Origin: an uncultured Planctomycetaceae bacterium
GTDB lineage: Bacteria > Planctomycetota > Planctomycetia > Planctomycetales > Planctomycetaceae
Assembly (NCBI GenBank): GCA_963813715.1
Contig: CAWFAK010000007.1
Span: 832,001-896,000 of the forward strand
Length of the DNA stretch: 64,000 bases
Direction: 5' to 3'
Shown here: one piece after another, positions 54,005 through 64,000 of the stretch
How positions within the stretch are numbered: the stretch's first letter is position 1
How the letters are laid out: each line of letters opens with the position of its first letter
Notes under the pieces: model-generated
What the model was told of the DNA's origin: nothing
The model's database searches: none
The model's input: the letters and a program-made list of their open reading frames with translations, nothing else
Position numbers and translations under genes: made by a program

Positions 54005-56035
54005 ATGACGAGCGAATTTCGGCTGGCTGCCCTCGCGATCGTTTTGACCTTGTTTCAGAGTTGTCGGCCTACCGACGCCGATGACGTGTACGCGGTGCCG
54101 AACGAGGAGCGGCTCAAGAGGGCGATCAAGGAAACGATTAAGCCGAAGGCCGCCGTTCAGAAACCATTGGCCGTCGGCGCAGATGCCCTGCTCGCCTGGT
54201 CCAAACCTGTCAACGGGCTAGCAGCAAGAATCGAGTATGTCTTTTGGGCGGACGCCTTCTTCGTGCGTCTCAAAAACGTCGGTGATCGGCCCTTGAGCGT
54301 GCCGACGGGGAATCCCGCTGACCCGAAGGCGGCTCCGTTGTTTGAGGTCTACGCGCAGCAGGGGTCGACGCCGTGGCGATCGATCACCGGGCCGACCAGA
54401 TATGGCAGGTACTTCAGCAATCCTGACGGCGACGAAATCGAGCGTGTCGCTGCGCGCGAGAAAGGACGCGAAGGACAACGAACCCCAAGTGACCGACCGT
54501 GGATAATCCTCGAACCGGGCCAGGATTGCATTGCGTTGGCGACAGGTCGGGATCAGGAAGGAAGCGGAGAGCCAAAGAGCGTCAAAGTGGTCTTGCGGCA
54601 GCCCGATACTGGCGATGCCGGGCGTTGGAGCGGCGTGCTGGAAACCTTGCCGCGGCCTTTGGAATTGGATCTCGAGAAGCGTCGCGCTCTTCGTGGAGCG
54701 GTGCCGTGTCCCGATTACCTTCCGCCATTGAGCTACGACTATTCGGGGTTTGTCGCGATGTCCGGCTCGGAATCAGCCGTGTGGCTTCTGTACCGCAACA
54801 ATCGGCCGCTGATCGAGTTGTTGTCGATTTATGTGCCGGCTGATGTGGGCAAAGAATTCGAGCGGCGGATGCGGGCCGAAAAAGATCGGCCAATGAAGCT
54901 GCTTTTGGCCACCATCGCCGCACCCGCCGGAAGTGAAGAGGCGGCGTTTTACTTTTTGGAGCAGATCAAAGGGACCGACTACCTGATGTGGACGAATGTG
55001 CGCGACGCGTTGCAGTTCACATGCTGGAATTACGGCGTGGGCCCCCGCCAATTGGAAAAAATGGAGCCGCCGGCGTGGCTTGCCGAATTGCTCCTGGCGG
55101 TGTGCTCTGATAACCGCTCGGTAACGGGTTTGGAAAAAACGAACTTCGAGCAGGGAACATCGTTCACCATCGCGAAAGAGTTCGGCATGCTTTCCACGCT
55201 CGTCGGCTGGAAATTTCGCGGTGTCGTGCCGCTCTTGAACAAGCGGGTCGAGAGTGACAACGCGGATTGGCGCGCGTGGAGCGATCTGGCCCAGTTCGGC
55301 GACAAGCGCGCGATACCCGGCCTGATCGGATCGTTGAATGCCCTTGCGAAAACCGGTCGGTTGAGCGACGAGTCACGGTTGGACGAGGGATTCGACCAAT
55401 GTGCTTCCGCGTTGGCCGAGTTGAAAGCGCGTGACGCTGTCCCGGTCCTGCTGAATTTCATCGAATTTCCCGGAATCATCGGCGATCTCGCCCAGATTGG
55501 TGATGAGCGAATCGTACCCGCGCTGCGCGATCTTATTGCGGCCAATGGCCGTATCACTCGGGATGGCAAACGGGTGGACCCCGAGCAGGAACCAGAGCGG
55601 CTTTTTGCCGCCAGATTGGCATTGGCTCGGTTCGACCCTCAAGATGAAGCGATCCATCTCGGTAACATGCTCAACGACTCGAACACGCTCCATCGCCACG
55701 ACGTGTTCTACCGCTTGGAACGCCTGTCCGACCCGCGGGTGATCCCCATTCTGGTCAACTTAGTCAAAACGGACTCCGATCATTGGATGATCACTATGTC
55801 CATCAGTGATCTTGGCCGGCGAAAACGTAAAGCCGCCGTCGAAGGGCTGATCGAATGTTTCGATCGGCAGTTCAAGGAGGAGTACTTCGGGAAGGGCGAA
55901 CACGTGACGCCAGCCACATATCCGAATCTCATCGCGAGCAGCCTGCAACAGATCACCGGCCAGTCCTTTGGCAGCGATAAACAGCAGTGGCTCAGGTGGT
56001 GGCAGAAAGAGCGACAAAGCACCAGTCTAAAGTGA
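54005..56035 (+). CDS. Exported HEAT-repeat protein
   Basis: AGGAG RBS; signal peptide; LAQFGDKRAIPGLI, LAQIGDERIVPALR, LSDPRVIPILV. Confidence 0.8.
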   Translation: MTSEFRLAALAIVLTLFQSCRPTDADDVYAVPNEERLKRAIKETIKPKAAVQKPLAVGADALLAWSKPVNGLAARIEYVFWADAFFVRLKNVGDRPLSVPTGNPADPKAAPLFEVYAQQGSTPWRSITGPTRYGRYFSNPDGDEIERVAAREKGREGQRTPSDRPWIILEPGQDCIALATGRDQEGSGEPKSVKVVLRQPDTGDAGRWSGVLETLPRPLELDLEKRRALRGAVPCPDYLPPLSYDYSGFVAMSGSESAVWLLYRNNRPLIELLSIYVPADVGKEFERRMRAEKDRPMKLLLATIAAPAGSEEAAFYFLEQIKGTDYLMWTNVRDALQFTCWNYGVGPRQLEKMEPPAWLAELLLAVCSDNRSVTGLEKTNFEQGTSFTIAKEFGMLSTLVGWKFRGVVPLLNKRVESDNADWRAWSDLAQFGDKRAIPGLIGSLNALAKTGRLSDESRLDEGFDQCASALAELKARDAVPVLLNFIEFPGIIGDLAQIGDERIVPALRDLIAANGRITRDGKRVDPEQEPERLFAARLALARFDPQDEAIHLGNMLNDSNTLHRHDVFYRLERLSDPRVIPILVNLVKTDSDHWMITMSISDLGRRKRKAAVEGLIECFDRQFKEEYFGKGEHVTPATYPNLIASSLQQITGQSFGSDKQQWLRWWQKERQSTSLK

Positions 56036-56465
56036 AGGGGCTTGCGAAATTCGCGAAGTTGCCGCCGACCCAGTCATGTCGAACGCGCCCCTGCTTGATC
56101 TCCCAGCGCCGATTCATTTGCTCATCGAGGGGCCGAAGCTCGAGGGCCAAGCCGAACGGCAGAGCCGGATGCTTGGAAAGCATCGCGATGCCCTCGTTCA
56201 GGTCTTTGATCGCCAGGACGACAATTCCGCCCAGGAATTCCTTGGTCTCGGCGAAGGGGCCGTCCGTGACGGTGACCTGGCCGCCTTTGGCCCGCAATGT
56301 CTTCGCGGTGCGTGCGCTCTTCAGTCCGATGCCGCTCAGCCATTGTCCGTTTTTGACGCGAGTCTCGTCGAAGGCGATGCAACTCTTGAACATCGCCGCG
56401 CGCTCGTCCTCTGAAATCGCGCCCCAGCCGTTTTCATCGAGATAACCCAGGCTCGCGAATCTCAC
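55992..56465 (-). CDS. YciI family protein
   Basis: VTDGPFAETKEFLGG, LELRP; 3' end uncertain. Confidence 0.85.
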   Translation of the reverse strand: MRFASLGYLDENGWGAISEDERAAMFKSCIAFDETRVKNGQWLSGIGLKSARTAKTLRAKGGQVTVTDGPFAETKEFLGGIVVLAIKDLNEGIAMLSKHPALPFGLALELRPLDEQMNRRWEIKQGRVRHDWVGGNFANFASPFTLDWCFVALSATT

Positions 56466-56884
56466 CGATTGCGGATCAATGGCGGGCGCGCTGGGCGCAA
56501 CGCTGCAAGGGAGGCCGTCTGACGCTGGAGCGATTCTTCGTCGATCGGCCGAATCTCGAACGTCGCGCCGTAATGCAGGCCGGGATGCTTCGAGACCAGC
56601 TCGACAGCCCGCGCCATGTCATCGGCTTCCAAAACCGCGACGCCGCCAAGTTGCTCCTTCGTTTCGGCAAAGGGGCCATCGGTCACAAGCACTTTGCCCT
56701 TGTGCCACCGCACGGTTTTGGCCGTTGGGCTCGGCTGCAAGGCCATTCCCTCGCTTCCGAAGTGTCCCTCCTTGATCATCTTGCCGTCGTAAGCGAAGCA
56801 CTCCTCCATCATTGCGTCCTGCTCGGCTTTCGACATCGCAGTCCAATTGTTCTTCTGACTGTAGCCCAAGAAGGCGAACTTCAT
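56462..56884 (-). CDS. YciI family protein
   Basis: VTDGPFAETKEQLGG, FEIRP; AGGAG RBS. Confidence 0.88.
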   Translation of the reverse strand: MKFAFLGYSQKNNWTAMSKAEQDAMMEECFAYDGKMIKEGHFGSEGMALQPSPTAKTVRWHKGKVLVTDGPFAETKEQLGGVAVLEADDMARAVELVSKHPGLHYGATFEIRPIDEESLQRQTASLAALRPARPPLIRNR

Positions 56885-57018
56885 CGGTGGCTCCTGATTG
56901 CGCCGTGCTGAAAATGCGTTCAAACGCGTTAGATGCCCGCCCTCTAGTCGAATGGCGCGAAGTGAGATCGACATCCCCGGAGGGATTTTATGCGTTTCTA
57001 CCATTTTTGAACGCGCAA

Positions 57019-57053
57019 GAAAAAACGGCTGGCCGGGGTTCCGGTCAGCCGTT
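57019..57053 (-). terminator. Intrinsic terminator downstream of the hsp20 pair
   Basis: AACGGCTGGCCGG/CCGGTCAGCCGTT stem with a T tract on the minus strand. Confidence 0.65.
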
Positions 57054-57226
57054 GGTTGAACGATGCGTGGCGCGCTTGTGGCTGCCCCGCGACTGACCCC
57101 TCCCTGGGTCAGTCGTTGCGGTGAGGCGTCACGCCGATTTCTTCAGGGTGATTTTCTCTCGGGTCGCCGTTGCCGACGAACCCGAGACTCATTCAGGACC
57201 GATGTTGGCTCCGAGCTGACGGCACC

Positions 57227-57604
57227 TTATCGCGCGACGACGTTGATCTTCTGCCGCGCCGACCGCGCTGTCTTCGGCAGCTTGAGCTGCAACACGCCGT
57301 CTTTGACGCTGGCTTCGATGCCGTCGCGGCTGACGTCGTCCGACAGCGTGAAGGTTCGCTCGAAATTGCCGACGCCGTATTCCGTCTGGTACGGCGTGAA
57401 GCCCTCGAACGTCGTCGGTTCGACGGTCCCGCGGATCGTCAGCACGTTCTTGTCCAAAGTCACATCGAGATGCGTCTCGTCGACGCCCGGAACGTCGGCC
57501 CACACGACCACTTCGCTCGGGCCGTCCACAATGTCGACCGCCGGGCGATAAACGGGCCGTTGCTCGGTGCCGTTGCTGCCCGCACAGCGTTGTGTCTGGT
57601 TCAT
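57227..57604 (-). CDS. Hsp20/alpha-crystallin small heat shock protein
   Basis: PAVDI, ADVPGV, FERTFTL, DGVLQLKLPK. Confidence 0.93.
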   Translation of the reverse strand: MNQTQRCAGSNGTEQRPVYRPAVDIVDGPSEVVVWADVPGVDETHLDVTLDKNVLTIRGTVEPTTFEGFTPYQTEYGVGNFERTFTLSDDVSRDGIEASVKDGVLQLKLPKTARSARQKINVVAR

Positions 57605-57727
57605 GGATTGGCTCCTAATCGTTGATTCGTTTCGCGGATAAATGCGTGATGATTTCCTAGGGAGGGTTGATCAGCGCGGCTCCATCGGCCGCCGTCGAAT
57701 CAGCGCGGCCCGATCAGCCGCTGCCAA

Positions 57728-58165
57728 TCAGCCCGCCTTGATCGTCAGCTTCGTGGGCTCGTGCTCAGGAGTGCGGGCGAGCTTCAGCGTCAGCAGCCCC
57801 TTCTCATAGACGGCTTCGCACTTGTCGGCGTCGACGTCGAAGGGCAACTCGATGGTGCGGCGGAACGGCTCGAACCAGCGTTCGCGGCGGACGTACGATT
57901 CCTCGCGCGTCTCGGGAGCCGCCGCTCGCTGACCGGTGATCGTCACCGAGTTCTTGTCGACGTGCACTTCCAACTGGGACGCATCGATGCCCGGCAGCTC
58001 GGCCGTCAGAGTGAGGCCTTGCTCGTTCTGCAGCGCATTGATGGCGGGAAAGCTCGCGCCGCTGCGAACATGCGGCCACCAATTCCCGTTCGACAACTGA
58101 TCCAACTCAACCTTAAGGCGATTCATGTCACGCCAGGGATTCCAGACAGTTCTCATTCGGCTCAT
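57728..58165 (-). CDS. Hsp20/alpha-crystallin small heat shock protein
   Basis: FPAIN, AELPGI, RRER..PFRRTIELP, GLLTLKL. Confidence 0.93.
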   Translation of the reverse strand: MSRMRTVWNPWRDMNRLKVELDQLSNGNWWPHVRSGASFPAINALQNEQGLTLTAELPGIDASQLEVHVDKNSVTITGQRAAAPETREESYVRRERWFEPFRRTIELPFDVDADKCEAVYEKGLLTLKLARTPEHEPTKLTIKAG

Positions 58166-58239
58166 CTTGTGATCCTCCCTTTCTTGGTCGGCGGCCCGGG
58201 TCATTTCGACCGACGGCGCCATCGCTCACGCTTCTAAAA

Positions 58240-58256
58240 AGCAAGGGCTATACCAA
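58240..58256 (-). promoter_or_regulatory. Putative sigma-54 promoter of the hsp20 operon
   Basis: Minus strand TTGGTATAGCCCTTGCT has GG-N10-GC. Confidence 0.65.
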
Positions 58257-58378
58257 TCGAACGGCGCGAATGATTCGAAAACAGACAATGATCGCAAATC
58301 GATACGCGCAAATAACTTGCTTCCAGAGAAATCGGTCAGAATTGAATTGAAATCGGGCGAGTAGCAGTCCCGTCCTAA

Positions 58379-58442
58379 TGCCATATTGGCAGCACAAAAG
58401 CCATGGCACTTTTTGACACAATCCACGTATGCCAAATTGGCA
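58379..58442. promoter_or_regulatory. Paired palindromes TGCCA-N3-TGGCA
   Basis: TGCCATATTGGCA at 58379 and TGCCAAATTGGCA at 58430. Confidence 0.6.
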
Positions 58443-58691
58443 CAACCGAAAATCGCGTCCCCATCAGCGCGCGACCGGACGCGCCGTTCTCTTCTCAATC
58501 GGGGCGTCCGATCAGCACGTTTTTTCCGCGGGCGACGGGCGAACTCTTCGCTTCGCAGGCGAACTTCACCATTCCCGCCGCGCGCCACCGGCAGCTTGGG
58601 CCGATGTTGAAGACGTGCGGCACCGGAGAAGGGATTCTCCACCGAGATCCCGGCCCTTGGGCGACTCGCGGTGCCGAGATTGGCGTGCCCC

Positions 58692-59958
58692 ATGACGGGT
58701 TTTGCCGGTTCGCGTTCGCTCGATGAGCGTCGACGGCGGCGTCTGGCCACCGGTGCCGAAACCGTCGCGCTCGAGACCGTCGCTGAACCGGCGCCTCGAC
58801 GCGCCGCTCCCGCCAAAGTCAAACAAAAGCGTCGCAGCCCGTCCCACTTTCCCCTGCGAAAAGTGATCTCCGCCCGTTACTGGAAACTGGCCGCGATCGT
58901 GCTGTGTGCCGCGCTGGCCGGCGTCGCCATTCTGGGCGGCGGCTGGGCGGCCGCGAATTACGGACAGCAGCTTGGTCCCGGCTTCGTGTTGTTGTTCGGG
59001 TTGGATGCGGCCCGGCTCGTGCGCAGGATTCGCCGCCGTCGGGCTGTTGCTGGCCGGCCAGCTGGCCCTCTTGATCAGTTGGGCCCGCTCGCAGAGCCTG
59101 CAGGACTTTAATGGCCGCTATCGAGGTTGGGTCTTCTGCGCACTCTTGGCGTTCGTCGCTGCGTTCGGCATGCAGACGCAGCTCGCCGCCGCCTGGAGCG
59201 CAACGGCCGGCTGGCTTTGGACAGCTCAATTCGCCCACAAGGCGACGCTGCTCTGGCTGATCCCGACCGCCTGCTGCGGAATCTTCGTGCACGGCTATTG
59301 CGTGCGCGAGATGCGCGATTGCCGCGTGAGCCTGACGCTCGCCTGGCTGACGTTCGTGCTGGGCGGCGGCGTGACGGGAATTGTGCTTGCCCGCCCCTTG
59401 CCCTGGCCCACGCCGCAGGCACGCCTGATCGAGTGCGGGGTGGCACTCTTGTTCGTCGTCTGTGCGTTCGCCAGCGCGCTCTTTCACGCGCGGCACGTCG
59501 TTTATGTCTGCGTCGATCCGCCGGCTATCCGACCGTCCCGCTCGCTGGCGGTGCTCAAATTGTTCCGGCTGTGGGCTCTGTTCAAGTTCAACCGCTCCGG
59601 CTCAACAAAGAAGAGCAGTAAGACGGCCGAGCGAGAAACGGTCAAAGCCCTCAAGCGACGTACGCCCAAGCGCACGAAGCCTCTCCGCCGCAAACCGAGC
59701 GAAGACGAATCGGACAATCCGCCGACCGCCCCGCAGTCTGTACCGAGCACCGCCCGAAAGCCGACCCCCGTCGTCCGCGAAGACGAGTCCGAAGAGGGTG
59801 ATGCGGAGGAAGACGAGACAACATCGAGCGAGGCAGACTCCACCGCGAGCCGTAGCGACAACCCGGGCAGCCAGTTTGCCGGCATGAGCCGCCGCGAGCG
59901 TCGTCTCCTCAAAAAGCAGATGCGCACCGAACCTACGCAACTGCGCCGCTCCGCCTGA
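58692..59958 (+). CDS. Hypothetical polytopic membrane protein with a charged C-terminal tail (frameshift near 59030)
   Basis: Several TMs over two frames; tail ending GMSRRERRLLKKQMR. Confidence 0.7.
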
Positions 59959-60170
59959 TTTCGCCGGCACTCCCAAGCACGGTTCCGCAATGGCGTGCAC
60001 CCGCGCCGAGGAGCTGCCGCAGGCACCGGGTCCAGGGCTACGGCCCTGGTTGACGGGAGTGCACGTTGCCCGCAGAATGCTCGGTAACTTCACGGTCGGC
60101 AATCTGGCCGGGGATTTGATCCTCGGCTCTATGATTCTCACCACGCACACTCAGCTCGTCGAGACGCTTT

Positions 60171-61018
60171 ATGTCGCAATCGGATTGGCCGCAAGAGGGT
60201 CGACGCCCGGAAAACTCGGACCGTTTCGGCCAGCGCCCGCCCGACGATTGGGGTGGCGCGCCTGCTCCGCCCAGCGGCATGAGCGGCGGCATGAAAGCCT
60301 GCCTGATCGTGATTTGCGTGGTGGGCTTTTGCTGCGTCGTGTGTTGCGGCGTCTTCGGCTACGTCTTTTATACGATCGGCAAATCGATCACCGCGCCGAT
60401 CGCTTCCAAGAATCCTGCCGAAGTCAAAGCCGGCCTCGACGACATTTGCAAGATCACGCTGCCTCCCGGTTTGGAGCCTAAGAGCGTGACGAAGATCGAT
60501 AACTTCGTCTTCTCGACGATCGCCGTCGAGTGCGAAAACCCGGGGCATGCCAGCCTGATGATGCTGCAGATGCACACCAAAATGGGGAGCAGCGACTCCA
60601 TGGCACCCGTTCGGCAGCAGTTCGAGCAAAAGCGAGTCACCCACGTTACCAACGGCGGCCCGATGACTAACACGAAGATCGAGACAAGAGTTCTCAAGAT
60701 CAAGGGGCAGGACTGCACCTTCACGTTCACGAAGAGCGAGCCCGCGGCGGGCAAAGGCGCGAAGGACGGAGCAGGGGGTAAGGCCGGCGCAGACAAGGCA
60801 GCTGGAGATAAGGGTGGCCAACTGACAAGGCTGGGGCTGGCAAGGCCGGCGCCGGCAAGGGCGAAGTCGCCGGCGCCAAAAAACCCAGCAGCCGGAGCGA
60901 GCGGGAAAGCATTTACGGCGACTTTGACGGCAAGGATGGCCTGGTGCTCATCTCGATCGATTTCGATGACACCTACAAAGAGGCCGACATCGTCAAAATG
61001 CTGGAGTCAATTCAATAG
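60171..61018 (+). CDS. Hypothetical membrane-anchored protein (frameshift near 60830)
   Basis: Cys-rich TM (CVVGFCCVVCCG), G/K/A-rich linker; natural end IVKMLESIQ* in the shifted frame. Confidence 0.7.
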
Positions 61019-61586
61019 AAGCCGACTCGACCGCATCCGGCTCGGCAGCCGCCGCTGGGTCGACGTCCGTCTCCGATTCGGCCGACGAAAAAATTCCGTC
61101 GAGCGCGATCGCGCGAACGAATTGCCCGCCGCTCTGGTACGAACCGTCGCGGCGGAAGCGGCACCAGCGGAGCAGCGCGAGCAGCCCCTCCACCGTCGAG
61201 GTCGCTTCGTCGCGAAACTGCACGATCACTTTCCGTGATGCCAGCGGCTGCGCGTGGCAGAAGGAAAAGCCCGAGAGGGACAGATCGCGCCCCTGGGCCA
61301 CGAACGTCCGCCCCGCGGCGCCGTCGCCCAAGTCGTCGAGCGGCGTGATCAACAGCGGCTTGTCGTAGGCGACGCGATGCCAGCGCCGCGAGTGCAGCGA
61401 GCCGAAGCTGGCGTGCCAGCTGGCGACAACGCCTCCCGTGAACAAACAGTCCATCTCGGGAATCCGCTGCAGCACATCCAGCACGCGCGGGTCGGGCACG
61501 GCGGCAGTGCGTTCTGAGGGGGCCGACGGCAGGGAGGCGGTGGCGTGCGCACACGCTTCCACCGGTTCGAGCAATGCCTCAAGCAT
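60993..61586 (-). CDS. PilZ-like domain protein
   Basis: RRWHR (RxxxR) and DLSLSG (DxSxxG) motifs. Confidence 0.7.
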   Translation of the reverse strand: MLEALLEPVEACAHATASLPSAPSERTAAVPDPRVLDVLQRIPEMDCLFTGGVVASWHASFGSLHSRRWHRVAYDKPLLITPLDDLGDGAAGRTFVAQGRDLSLSGFSFCHAQPLASRKVIVQFRDEATSTVEGLLALLRWCRFRRDGSYQSGGQFVRAIALDGIFSSAESETDVDPAAAAEPDAVESASIELTPAF

Positions 61587-61830
61587 CAGGCGGCCCCGGG
61601 CGACGCTTTCGCGGCGCCAGACTCGCGCAACACGACCTCGACAAGCCTAGGTCACGCTTTGGGCCGGTCAAATCGATTCCGGCGCTGGTCAGGCGCGCCC
61701 GGACCGGCCATAAACCTTTGGCCGCAAATTATTGGAAATGCTAAAAATTTGCTTTTTACTCTTGCGTTAGGAATTGCGCATTGAGATGCTAAGGAAACAG
61801 CGGGCCGTCCGATTTCAAAGTGGGGCAGTC

Positions 61831-63080
61831 ATGTTGGAATCGACCCACGTCGCCCAAAACGGATTCGAGCGCGGGCTGGCCGCACTCGCACAGCTCGGCT
61901 TGGTCCGGCCGGCCAACGTCCTCCTGGCTGAGTACCTCGCCGCGCTGACGGCCGAGGAAATTCTCGACGCGACAACCGCTGAACGGCTGTCGGCCGTCTA
62001 TAACCGCGTGCGCTATTCGGCGGTTTCCGCAGACGATCCCGAGCTGCAAGAAGCCGTCGCCACGCTCGAGTCGGTCGCGGCGCGGCTCACCGCCTGGAGC
62101 GCGGACGAACGCCGGCAAGTGGTTCGGCGAGTGCGCGCGATTGCCGCTGCCGCCAACAGACGACGGCTTGGAGCGCGAGACGGCCTGTCTGTCCGACGCC
62201 CGCACACCGATTCCACCGACGCGACACGCAAATGCCGACCGGCATTCCTCGCCCCAGTCGCGGGCGGCGCATCCCTCGCCGCGGCCGCATATCGAGCCGG
62301 CAAGCACGAACGCCGCGTTCGGCGACGTCAGCAATCCGCTCGACGAGTTCGATGCCCTGCCCGTTGCTCCTGCGGCAGCGGCCACGACCCGTCGCGTCGG
62401 TCTGCCGCGGTTGTCGCTCGAATTGGCGGCCGTCGTGGGATTGGCGACGTTCTTTAGTGGGTATTTCGTCCGCGACGCGTTTAGAAAAACGGTCGAAGTC
62501 GCCGACGAAGTTGGCGGAAGCTCCGGCGAGCACCTCACGCTGAACGACGCCTGGAAGGATCAGGGCGCGTGGGTGCATGGAGTCCGCGCGGGGCGATCAG
62601 GACGCCCAGGCCCGGCACTTTCAAAAGGCTCGGCTGGAACTCGAGCTCGTGCACGCCTACGTCCCCAGGGACGCGGCCGTGCTCAACGATCTGGCCGCTC
62701 TCTATCTCACGCGTGACGAGTCGGGCCGCACCGATCCGAAACGCGCGCTGGAACTGATCGAGCGGGCGCTGACGATCACGCGACAGCCGACCATCCTCGA
62801 TACGGCGGCCGAAGCCCACTTTCAGTGCGGACACATCGACGAAGCGATCCGTCTCGAACGCGAGTCTCTCTCCAAGGAGCTTGCCTGGAGCAACGCATCG
62901 GCCGGCCAGTTCCGCCAGTACCGCCAGCAGCAACTCGAGCGTTTCCGCGAGGCTGAGCCGGTCCGCACCGCCCAGCTTCCTGCCGGCCCCACGGAGCCGA
63001 GCGTCCCAGCAGCCGAGGCCGCCAAAGGCAAAATGAACGCCCCGCTCGCGGCTCAACCCGGCAATCCGGCCGGTTCCTGA
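61831..63080 (+). CDS. Membrane-anchored TPR-like protein (about two frameshifts)
   Basis: Consecutive frames 61774/62141/62577; [31 protein letters not shown]. Confidence 0.65.
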
Positions 63081-63346
63081 GCCGCCCGCCACGCTCCGGA
63101 CGTGCGACAATCGCCCTGGATTTGCGAATCCTCCTTGGGCGGCGACCGCTTTTTTGCCCGTTCCAGAAGGTGCCCGCCACCCCCGCGGGAGCCAAAAAAC
63201 ACGGGGCATCCGGCCAGTCGCCCTTGCAAGACGAGCCCGTTCTCCCGAGAATCCAGAACTCGATAATTCGGTCCAGATTCGGTCCATCACAGCAAGGTGG
63301 TCAAAACGACCGCTTGCGGATTCGCATATTTTGGAGGTCGGCGGCA

Positions 63347-63601
63347 ATGGCTCATAAGAAGGGACAAGGCTCGAGCCGCAACGGGCGCGATTCGAACGCA
63401 CAACGGCTCGGCGTCAAGAAGTTCGGCGGCGAAGCCGTCCTGGCAGGAAACATCCTGATCCGCCAGCGCGGCACCAAGTGGCACCCGGGCCGCAACGTCG
63501 GCCAAGGCAGCGACGACACGCTCTTTGCCCTGTCCGCCGGCGAAGTCTACTTCGACCGCGGCGGCCGCCGCATCAACGTCCGCCGCGCCGAGCAGGCGTA
63601 G
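63347..63601 (+). CDS. rpmA: 50S ribosomal protein L27
   Basis: [32 protein letters not shown]. Confidence 0.98.
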   Translation: MAHKKGQGSSRNGRDSNAQRLGVKKFGGEAVLAGNILIRQRGTKWHPGRNVGQGSDDTLFALSAGEVYFDRGGRRINVRRAEQA

Positions 63602-64000
63602 AGCCCGGACCGGTTCGCGTCTCCGGGCACCTCTGCCGCTCGCTTCCATGCAGGCCTCGGCTCTGGAACTGCGCGCATTCGCGCTTCGGTCCGGCCGTCG
63701 ACCGTCTGATCGGCCGCGGCAAGACGGTGTGCTGCCACGAACAGCCCCAGAGCTTTGAAAGCTCCTCGCAAGTCATGCTGTTCGGTGCCTCGCTACGTTG
63801 CGAGTAGGACAAACTCTTACCACGACAACGTCGTTAGTGAGCGCCCTGCTAGACGCTGGCTAGAATTCTCTAGGTAGATCACATGCGAAATGTTAATACT
63901 TGAAGAGGATTTGCTCCTTGTTGCTCAATCGATCACACTAGCGAATCACTAATAATGTGTACTCGCAAAGACTCACGTCATGCGGAATGGCCAACTATTT

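Overview
GC-rich bacterial DNA; the gene types and rpmA sequence suggest a planctomycete (inference). About 1-53.5 kb looks like an accessory island. It holds self-contained modules: two RND efflux clusters, two sigma-54 two-component pairs, an MFS/phosphoesterase cluster, an amidohydrolase, a metallopeptidase and an ECF sigma pair. These modules are separated by nine same-orientation copies of a degenerate multi-box repeat (core WCTCAWMCGTTTT). One copy is split around a small serine recombinase gene. At the right end of the island is a ubiquitin-like conjugation operon (Ubl, E2-like protein fused to Zn-binding repeats, JAB/MPN protease, ThiF/E1), followed by excisionase and tyrosine integrase genes. 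The region from 54 to 64 kb looks more like core chromosome (HEAT protein, YciI pair, two Hsp20, PilZ, TPR, rpmA). Many otherwise intact genes carry single-base frameshifts, most likely sequencing or assembly indels. All calls come from motif recognition by eye; no database search was run.
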